From a virus (lineage: Duplodnaviria; Heunggongvirae; Uroviricota; Caudoviricetes): a stretch of 5,648 nucleotides of DNA. Made by a program: the position numbers and the translations under genes. Numbering within the stretch: position 1 is the first letter of the stretch; the number at the start of each line of letters is the position of its first letter. The stretch is from IMG/VR virus record IMGVR_UViG_2579778652_000004; one strand, 5' to 3'. Positions 1 through 5,090 of the stretch are shown one piece after another. The notes under the pieces are model-generated. The model saw nothing but the letters and a program-made list of their open reading frames with translations, did no database searches and was not told the DNA's origin.

Positions 1-1
1 T

Positions 2-352
2 CGCAATGTCCGGGCAAAATCAGGTTTAAACCGTTCGATACTGGATCAGGGCTGGTATGAAATGCGCCGCCAGCTTGAGTACAAGCAGCTCTGGCGTGGC
101 GGTCAGGTGCTTGCTGTTCCGCCAGCGTACACAAGCCAGCGTTGCGCGTGCTGTGGTCATACAGCGAAAGAAAATCGCCTGTCACAAAGTAAATTCAGAT
201 GCCAGGTATGTGGATATACAGCGAACGCCGATGTAAACGGCGCTCGTAACATTTTAGCGGCGGGGCACGCCGTACTTGCCTGTGGAGGGATGGTGCAGTC
301 AGGCCGCCCGTTGAAGCAGGAACCCACCGAAATGATTCAGGCGACAGCCTGA
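2..352 (+). CDS. tnpB: IS200/IS605-family TnpB (OrfB) RNA-guided nuclease, C-terminal ~117 aa; 5' end lies outside the window
   Basis: The frame is open from the window edge: [20 protein letters not shown] precedes the Met at 62, so the 96-aa ORF in the track is the tail of a longer protein. It carries the TnpB C-terminal signature: 'SILDQGW...RRQLEYK', a CxxC...CxxC zinc ribbon (CACCGHT ... CQVCGYT) and the RuvC-III-like '[10 protein letters not shown]' motif with the Asp retained. Stop TGA at 350-352. Confidence 0.85.
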   Translation, partial: RNVRAKSGLNRSILDQGWYEMRRQLEYKQLWRGGQVLAVPPAYTSQRCACCGHTAKENRLSQSKFRCQVCGYTANADVNGARNILAAGHAVLACGGMVQSGRPLKQEPTEMIQATA

Positions 353-410
353 ACGTAGCAGGAATCCACGCCCTTCGGGGCGTGGAGGATGTCACACTGC
401 CTCTTTAATG
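230..410 (+). ncRNA. Candidate TnpB-associated guide RNA (omega RNA / reRNA) overlapping the tnpB 3' end and IS right end; coordinates approximate
   Basis: Established knowledge for IS200/IS605 TnpB: the guide RNA scaffold is encoded by the 3' end of tnpB plus the right end, with about 16 nt of guide copied from DNA just outside the IS. The UUCG hairpin at 365-386 on the tnpB-sense strand fits a terminal scaffold stem. No RNA ends can be determined from sequence alone. Confidence 0.25.
365..386. repeat. Hairpin: 9-bp stem (365-373 / 378-386) with TTCG loop, immediately 3' of tnpB
   Basis: Read directly: tccacgccc-ttcg-gggcgtgga. In plus-sense RNA this is a C(UUCG)G tetraloop hairpin. It is part of a 30-nt motif repeated at 4118-4147. 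Confidence 0.75.
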
Positions 411-757
411 TTGGCGGCTATCCATGCCGCCGTGTGCTGTTTAACCTGGTCCAGGTCGATGTATGTGCCAACATATTGACTCAAGTCCTGTAACGTACCG
501 ATAAATGCATCAGTGCTCTGATCGACGAATTTATCAGCCAGGAAATCAGCAACCAGTTTTGGCACACCATCATGTTCCGAAGGTTGTTTTTCCTCGCCAC
601 TACCACCGCCGGACGCGCCGTACCCCATCTGTTGCATGATCTGGTCAATTTCATCGCTGATATCCAGCAACTCCATACCACTCGCGATAGCCGCTTTGGA
701 CATCAGAGCATCCAACTTATCGCTGAGATCCATTAACTCAATAGCTGATAGTGTCAT
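392..757 (-). CDS. ddrA: Small, strongly acidic protein (121 aa), DdrA-like member of a P1-type Dar anti-restriction operon
   Basis: Its ATG at 755-757 overlaps the darA-like stop (ATGA overlap at 754-757), with a G-rich SD-like stretch upstream. The protein has about 21 Asp/Glu against 7 Lys and no Arg. Position immediately downstream of the darA-like gene matches P1 gene order as I recall it. The stop TGA (392-394) lies inside the repeated hairpin motif. Confidence 0.45.
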   Translation of the reverse strand: MTLSAIELMDLSDKLDALMSKAAIASGMELLDISDEIDQIMQQMGYGASGGGSGEEKQPSEHDGVPKLVADFLADKFVDQSTDAFIGTLQDLSQYVGTYIDLDQVKQHTAAWIAANIKEAV

Positions 758-2673
758 GCCGCTACCCCCGCTTTCTGGATTGCTACCAGCAGATCAGCCA
801 GGTGGCGAGCAGCGCCATTAACCAGCTCTTCGTTTTCCTCAAAACGCCCGGCAGCCTGAAGGGCTGCAATCGCTTCCCGGACATTGCCCCGGGCGTTACG
901 GATCTCCGCCATGTCAGTGCTTTGCATATCCATCACGTTATTGAGATATTCAATGGCTTTATTAGCCTCTGCATCTGCTTCGCTAACCGTTTCATCAGGC
1001 TGTGCCGGGACCGGTTCTGGTTGAGTAATCTCACCGACTTCGGCCTGCAATGCCTTGATCATGCTCTGCACCATTTTCTCGGTGCCAGCGCCCCCAGGAA
1101 ACGCAATATTGGGGAAAGTTTTTTGAAACTGAGTTTTCAGCATTACGCGGAACTCGTCTGGTGAGCTGGTGGCCAGCTCCAGAGCTTTTTGTGCATATTT
1201 GCCAAACGGACCATTAGTAAGTGTCTTCGCCAGGAAGTCGAAAGAATCCTCGCGAGGCAATAACTTCAGGTCGTACTCACTCATTTGCTGATCAGAAAGC
1301 GGGGTATCGTAAGTAGCAATGCCGTAGCGTGCATATTCATAATACGGGTCACCTTCATCAGGGCGCGGCAGAATTGCTTTGTTACCTTCAGGTATTGCGC
1401 CAGGGGCCGCCGGACGCATTTGCAGGGCATATCGATATGCACCTACAGAGACTTCTGGTTCAGGCGAAGAGCTACCGGTATCCTCCGCTGGTTCAGGTTC
1501 GACGTTTTCCGGTTTATGTTCTTCTGGTTGGACCAGGTATTCCGATACATTACCCGCTTTATAGGCTTTAAACAGCTTGCCGATCGCATCTGCCATGTCC
1601 ACACCCTGTATGGATTTAGCCTTGATCATGTATACGCTGCCATCCGGATCGGTTAACTGGATATACCCTTCGCCATCCCCAATGAATTGCTTCATTGATG
1701 CACCATTACTGAGCGTCGCTTCCCCGTCCATATGCATACGATTTTTGATACTGGCAAGGCGATCCGTCAGCGCGCGAGAGTACCCACCAGTCATCCCCGC
1801 AGGAGCAATGGTATCGCGCCCACCAGTGCGATTGAGCTGATCAATCTCCGTCTGCAAACGCTCATTCTCTTCATAAAGAGAATCCGCTTCCGATGCAACA
1901 GCGTTAATTTTCTGCTCCAGATCTGCCTTCTGCCCTTCTACCGCTGCCACCTGATCCGCGAGGTCGCTCATGGCATCCTCTTTCTGGTCACTGTCAGCCT
2001 GTAGTTGGGTTATTTCATCAACAAGGGCTTTTTTCTTCTTCTGCGCACGCTGGAATTTTGCCGAGTTTTTCTCTGCAAGGTTGGCAAGTTTCATGGTGAC
2101 CTGCGCCAGCGTCATATCACGTCCACTCATCGGAGCAACGGTGTGAGTAACGTCTTTTTTATTCAGTAAGAACTGGAAAGCAACCAGCGTATCGCTATTG
2201 GTGATCCGGTTTTCCGCTGTCGGGCTATGAAACAGAATGCTGATAGTCTGACCATCACTGAGCGGAATAATGGCTGGCAGGACCGGCAGCCCGTTAACGT
2301 TACGTGCCCGACCAATTTCAGCGCCGCCGATCGCGCGCGCGCCGCTCTGGGCCACATCGCCCGTTTTATCACTCCCCGCAGAGATTCCGGTACCATTCAG
2401 CTTCTGGTTCAATGCCCGGACAAATGCCTGCATGGTCCGGTGTAACTGCAAACGAGTAGAACTAATCGCCTCCAGTAAATCCGTAGCACACCAGTGGATC
2501 GGCGTGTCATAGAAGAACGTAGCCTCGATTTCCTCCAGGGTGTTGGATTCCGTCATCAGATAGCGGTCCTCACCGGCCATTAATGCGCGATATTCATCAT
2601 CAGTCACTGGCGGGGGAAGCGCGTCAAGCCCAGGTTTGATCGTCACCCCTTTATTGATATTGAACTGTTCCAT
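754..2673 (-). CDS. darA: DarA-like protein (639 aa), large component of the phage P1-type 'defence against restriction' system
   Basis: Long uninterrupted ORF with ATG at 2671-2673 and an AGGAAA SD about 8 nt upstream. Size and position (after the holin/antiholin pair and an hdf-like gene) match the P1 darA operon. Residues about 135-215 are paralogous to the upstream 200-aa ORF (shared 'KNSAKFQ'), matching the definition of Hdf as a homologue of a DarA fragment. Contains a coiled-coil-like heptad region (about residues 210-275) and Pro/Glu-rich linkers. Confidence 0.6.
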   Translation of the reverse strand: MEQFNINKGVTIKPGLDALPPPVTDDEYRALMAGEDRYLMTESNTLEEIEATFFYDTPIHWCATDLLEAISSTRLQLHRTMQAFVRALNQKLNGTGISAGSDKTGDVAQSGARAIGGAEIGRARNVNGLPVLPAIIPLSDGQTISILFHSPTAENRITNSDTLVAFQFLLNKKDVTHTVAPMSGRDMTLAQVTMKLANLAEKNSAKFQRAQKKKKALVDEITQLQADSDQKEDAMSDLADQVAAVEGQKADLEQKINAVASEADSLYEENERLQTEIDQLNRTGGRDTIAPAGMTGGYSRALTDRLASIKNRMHMDGEATLSNGASMKQFIGDGEGYIQLTDPDGSVYMIKAKSIQGVDMADAIGKLFKAYKAGNVSEYLVQPEEHKPENVEPEPAEDTGSSSPEPEVSVGAYRYALQMRPAAPGAIPEGNKAILPRPDEGDPYYEYARYGIATYDTPLSDQQMSEYDLKLLPREDSFDFLAKTLTNGPFGKYAQKALELATSSPDEFRVMLKTQFQKTFPNIAFPGGAGTEKMVQSMIKALQAEVGEITQPEPVPAQPDETVSEADAEANKAIEYLNNVMDMQSTDMAEIRNARGNVREAIAALQAAGRFEENEELVNGAARHLADLLVAIQKAGVAA

Positions 2674-2674
2674 G

Positions 2675-3277
2675 TTAATTTCCTGCTTTCAGTTGCTTAA
2701 GACGGCGTTTGAGTTCGCCATTTCGGGCCTTTTCGTTATTGAGTCGGCCTGTCTCCTTATCCAGCTTCGCCCGCAAATCAGTGATCTGCTGTTGATTGAA
2801 AGACACCGAGTTCTGCGCTGATTTATAAGCGGCAACCACCTGAACATTCCGCTGTTTTGCCTCTTGCAGGCGCTGAAAGTTGGATTTTACTGCCGGTTTC
2901 TTGTCTACCGGATTGGCAACACGTTTCGCTTTGGCGATCAGTGATTTCTGGAATTTTGCGGAGTTTTTGCGGGCCGCTTGCCCCATGACGGTACCAAGCG
3001 TCTTGATATCCGGCGACTGAGCGTTAGGAATAGCTTTTCCATTCAGCCTCACAGACGATATATCGCCAGTATCGTTTACCTGTATGGCAAGAATTTGTCC
3101 GTCGTTAAGAACCAGCTTTGCGGTTTTAACTTTAACGCCATCTTTCGTTGTTGCGCGGTTGCTGGAGTCAACCTCAATTACCGTAACACCGGTTTTATTG
3201 ATCGCCGCGATAAGGGATTTCAGCCCCTTTTCATTAACCTGGTCAAAATCGACCGTTGCATACTTATTTTTCGTCAT
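2675..3277 (-). CDS. hdf: Hdf-like protein (about 200 aa; homologue of DarA fragment), Dar system component
   Basis: Shares a roughly 70-aa segment with the DarA-like protein, including 'ARKNSAKFQK' against 'EKNSAKFQR' and 'LNDGQ' against 'LSDGQ', and has a coiled-coil-like C-terminus. The ATG at 3275-3277 (MTKNKY...) is preferred because AGGA sits 8 nt upstream; the track start at 3286 (MCQ...) has the AGGA directly abutting the ATG. Stop TAA at 2675-2677, 1 nt before the darA start. Confidence 0.55.
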   Translation of the reverse strand: MTKNKYATVDFDQVNEKGLKSLIAAINKTGVTVIEVDSSNRATTKDGVKVKTAKLVLNDGQILAIQVNDTGDISSVRLNGKAIPNAQSPDIKTLGTVMGQAARKNSAKFQKSLIAKAKRVANPVDKKPAVKSNFQRLQEAKQRNVQVVAAYKSAQNSVSFNQQQITDLRAKLDKETGRLNNEKARNGELKRRLKQLKAGN

Positions 3278-3707
3278 CTGACACATCCTGTGCGAGATTT
3301 ATTACGTAACTTCTGCGGATTTGCTGAGTAACAGGGAAAATCCGATACAACGGGTTAATGAACGAGTCGCCATGCGTAACCATGACGTTGAAATGCCACA
3401 GCCGTTCTCCTTTACCCATATATTCAGTGGGTATGTACAACCATTCACTGTTTTCGCCCTGTTCAGCCGACGTCAGACAACGTTGTTCGCCTTCAATCAC
3501 AGTCGTCGGCTTCTGAACATCGCGGATCCAATATCTGACCGTTGCGCCGCGCAAAAACGGGAATTTAGACCGGTATTTGAACGGCACCCGGATGAAACCC
3601 GGTTTAATTTCCACATCACCAAGTTCTAAATGCGTGATGTCCTTGCGTTTTAGCAAATAGCGATCGGCTAAGGCTAACGCAAGAACGCATACACCCCAGC
3701 CAATCAT
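3264..3707 (-). CDS. lydB: LydB-like protein (147 aa), putative antiholin / lysis regulator
   Basis: ATG at 3705-3707 overlaps the holin stop (ATGA), with a GGGAGG SD 7 nt upstream. Hydrophobic N-terminus (MIGWGVCVLALALA). Size and position directly after the holin match the P1 lydA-lydB arrangement as I recall it. Confidence 0.5.
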   Translation of the reverse strand: MIGWGVCVLALALADRYLLKRKDITHLELGDVEIKPGFIRVPFKYRSKFPFLRGATVRYWIRDVQKPTTVIEGEQRCLTSAEQGENSEWLYIPTEYMGKGERLWHFNVMVTHGDSFINPLYRIFPVTQQIRRSYVINLAQDVSDDEK

Positions 3708-4033
3708 TTCCCGCCTCCCTTTTTCACCAAACTTGTAAGAACATTCAGAATGCTATCGATATTCACTCGTTTCATCCCTGAAATCACCTCATGACCGTTA
3801 TTGCTGGCTATCGTTACCATTAAGTACGTAATTGATAACTCCCAGCCCTCGTGTTGCCCCAATAGGTACGCCACCGCGCCAGCTGTCACTGCAACAAAGA
3901 TCTCCGTAACCAATCCCAACAAATTGCCAGACTGGCGACCGTCTCGGACATCCATCAGGAACGTGCCTATCCCACCAATTACTGAAAGCAGGAGCGCAAT
4001 AGCAACTGGAGCTAATTCCTGTGTGTCAAGCAC
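3704..4033 (-). CDS. lydA: Holin (LydA-like, 109 aa), GTG start
   Basis: Small protein with 2-3 predicted transmembrane helices (LAPVAIALLLSVIGGIGTFLM; LVTEIFVAVTAGAVAYLL; SITYLMVTIA) and a charged C-terminus (KKGGGK), the classic holin architecture. A perfect AGGAGG SD lies 6 nt upstream of the GTG at 4031-4033. Confidence 0.6.
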   Translation of the reverse strand: MLDTQELAPVAIALLLSVIGGIGTFLMDVRDGRQSGNLLGLVTEIFVAVTAGAVAYLLGQHEGWELSITYLMVTIASNNGHEVISGMKRVNIDSILNVLTSLVKKGGGK

Positions 4034-4039
4034 AAGTTT

Positions 4040-4059
4040 CCTCCTACGTTGTCAGGAGG
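4040..4059 (-). promoter_or_regulatory. Potential SD-sequestering stem-loop in the holin 5' leader (CCUCCU-8 nt-AGGAGG on the mRNA strand)
   Basis: Read directly: plus-strand cctcct (4040-4045) and aggagg (4054-4059) are inverted repeats. On the minus-sense mRNA the lydA-like SD (AGGAGG) can pair with an upstream CCUCCU. Only a 6-bp stem, so stability is modest. Confidence 0.3.
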
Positions 4060-4108
4060 TAATGGTATGCAAAGTAACTTCTTCTCTGATTAAGTTATGT
4101 AATGCGCC

Positions 4109-4148
4109 TTGACATCCTCCACGTCCTTCAGGGCGTGGAGGATGTCAA
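4109..4148. repeat. 40-nt near-perfect palindrome (18-bp stem with one G·T, TTCA loop) overlapping the stop codon and last codons of the DUF1353-like gene; second copy of the motif seen at the IS junction
   Basis: Read directly: ttgacatcctccacgtcc-ttca-gggcgtggaggatgtcaa. Positions 4118-4147 match 365-394 at 28 of 30 nt. The DUF1353-like TGA stop (4128-4130) lies in the loop. Confidence 0.75.
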
Positions 4149-4541
4149 CTGGTATTTTCCTCTTCCAAAAAGTCTGACCGCACAATACATCAGCATCCTG
4201 CGCCAGCGGGGAACACCCAGTACACACATCGCATCAAGAAATATCTTGTCCGCTTCGTGCTTTGTCCGCAGCGCGTTGTCGTACAGCCAGTCGTGAATAA
4301 TCGCCGCTTTGGCGTAACGACCGTGTGGCGGAAATACCGACCAGAGAATGCGCGGTACGCTGGCAAGGTCTGTGACATACCCCGCAGGAACCGCAATCAC
4401 ATCCACGGGGTTATCCGTCAGCCAGAACTCAAACGGCTCAACCAGTCGCCAGCGGTAATCATCGAGCATTTCCAGCACGGCAGGAGTGGTGAATTTACTC
4501 ATCGCCCCATCCCACAACATAACGGCGAACGGCGTCGGCAC
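4128..4541 (-). CDS. Conserved phage protein of unknown function, DUF1353-like (about 124-137 aa depending on start)
   Basis: ORF with 'TDLASVPRILW...HDWLYD' motifs, which I recognise as DUF1353-type. Start is ambiguous: GTG at 4541 (AGGA 7 nt upstream, 47-nt overlap with the upstream gene), or ATG at 4520 or 4502. Confidence 0.5.
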   Translation of the reverse strand: MPTPFAVMLWDGAMSKFTTPAVLEMLDDYRWRLVEPFEFWLTDNPVDVIAVPAGYVTDLASVPRILWSVFPPHGRYAKAAIIHDWLYDNALRTKHEADKIFLDAMCVLGVPRWRRMLMYCAVRLFGRGKYQLTSSTP

Positions 4542-5070
4542 TGTCCAGTCCTGCCACGTCCTCTTTCATCTGCCGCTGGCGTTCGTGTATCTGAAAACCA
4601 CGGATAACCATCGCCTGCAACATGGCAGCGTCCAGCTGTACCAGCTCTTCCGGCGTGAGGGTGACGTCCTGGTTATCCGCGTCAGTCCAGAAAAAGCCCG
4701 CCGGAAGCGCACCCGCCTGTGCCACAGCAATCACCGGTGCCAGGCGGCTTCGTGAAATTTTTCCACCGTCCCAGCGGTGGCCATTCCACTCAAAAATAAT
4801 TCCGGCGTTTTCCTGGTCATCACGCCAGCGACTGATTTCATCATGCTTACTCTGACGGATGCGCTCCAGCTGCGCTTCTGTCATCACAAACGGTGCAATT
4901 TCTCCGGCAAGGCCATCCTGAAGCGCCTGCCAGACGGCCCGGCCTGTTGCTGCGGTATCTGTGGCGGTTGCGGTGTATGGGATAAACTCTGTTTCCCCTT
5001 CAAACAACACCTGACAACTGATCGCGTCATGAGATATGTAAACCGGATTTTTAATTGACAAAATATTCAT
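4495..5070 (-). CDS. Tail-fibre assembly / chaperone-like protein (191 aa)
   Basis: ATG at 5068-5070 with an AAGGTGG SD about 8 nt upstream. It lies immediately downstream of a probable tail-fibre C-terminus and has typical Tfa size. The C-terminal region 'FFWTDADNQDVTLTPEELVQL' resembles tail-fibre-assembly/DUF4376-like proteins; the assignment is by context and motif memory only. Confidence 0.45.
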   Translation of the reverse strand: MNILSIKNPVYISHDAISCQVLFEGETEFIPYTATATDTAATGRAVWQALQDGLAGEIAPFVMTEAQLERIRQSKHDEISRWRDDQENAGIIFEWNGHRWDGGKISRSRLAPVIAVAQAGALPAGFFWTDADNQDVTLTPEELVQLDAAMLQAMVIRGFQIHERQRQMKEDVAGLDSADAVRRYVVGWGDE

Positions 5071-5090
5071 CTATCTAACCACCTTTTTCA

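Larger units (their letters stand above)
1..394 (+). mobile_element. Right-end portion of an IS200/IS605-family insertion sequence (tnpB 3' end plus right-end hairpin); exact right boundary uncertain (about 364 or about 394)
   Basis: The tnpB C-terminus is followed within 13 nt by a perfect 9-bp hairpin with a TTCG loop (365-386), typical of subterminal hairpins of this family. Orientation is opposite to the flanking phage genes. The boundary cannot be fixed without a reference copy of the IS or an empty site. Confidence 0.55.

Noticed and set aside
62-352. 96-aa ORF starting at Met62 as a stand-alone small gene
   Set aside because: The reading frame is open upstream to the window edge and the upstream residues (SILDQGWYE) belong to the same TnpB domain, so this is the C-terminus of a longer tnpB, not an independent gene.
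365-386. The hairpin after tnpB as a Rho-independent terminator
   Set aside because: There is no T/U tract after the stem on either strand; it is more consistent with an IS end or guide-RNA structure.
195-821. ORFs 195-395(-), 481-681(-) and 636-821(+)
   Set aside because: They overlap the tnpB and ddrA-like CDSs in alternative frames or antisense, with no supporting signals.
751-2512. Several plus-strand ORFs of 61-137 aa (751-1164, 1285-1656, 1329-1571, 1577-1840, 1732-2004, 2227-2445, 2270-2512) and the minus-strand ORF 2163-2396
   Set aside because: All lie within or antisense to the 639-aa darA-like CDS, lack convincing ribosome-binding sites, and have low-complexity or odd composition. 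They are treated as shadow ORFs.
3284-3286. hdf start at ATG 3286 (MCQMTKNKY...) as given in the ORF track
   Set aside because: The only SD-like AGGA directly abuts this ATG. The ATG at 3275-3277 has 8-nt spacing and avoids overlap with lydB, so 3277 is preferred.
4053-4092. Plus-strand mini-ORF (ATG 4066, 8 codons) preceded by a perfect AGGAGGT
   Set aside because: The SD-like sequence is simply the complement partner of the lydA leader inverted repeat; 8 codons with no other support.
4060-4127. Sigma-70 promoter for the lysis/Dar genes in the DUF1353-lydA intergenic region
   Set aside because: Only weak partial matches (TTGCAT, TACATA) without proper -35/-10 spacing. A phage late-promoter motif may be present but I cannot recall its consensus reliably enough to call it.
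4109-4148. The 40-nt palindrome as an intrinsic terminator or as a cix/recombinase site
   Set aside because: There is no adjacent U-tract on the minus (mRNA) strand, only a weak 'tattttcc' on the plus strand. There is no resemblance to cix/hix-type half-sites as I remember them and no recombinase gene in the window. Its function remains open.
2636-4855. Antisense or alternative-frame ORFs within hdf, lydB, lydA, the DUF1353-like and tfa-like genes (for example 2978-3331, 3321-3629, 3801-4112, 4257-4607, 4486-4755, 4622-4855, 4777-5058)
   Set aside because: Each is the mirror strand or an alternative frame of a better-supported minus-strand gene with coupled starts and SD sequences.
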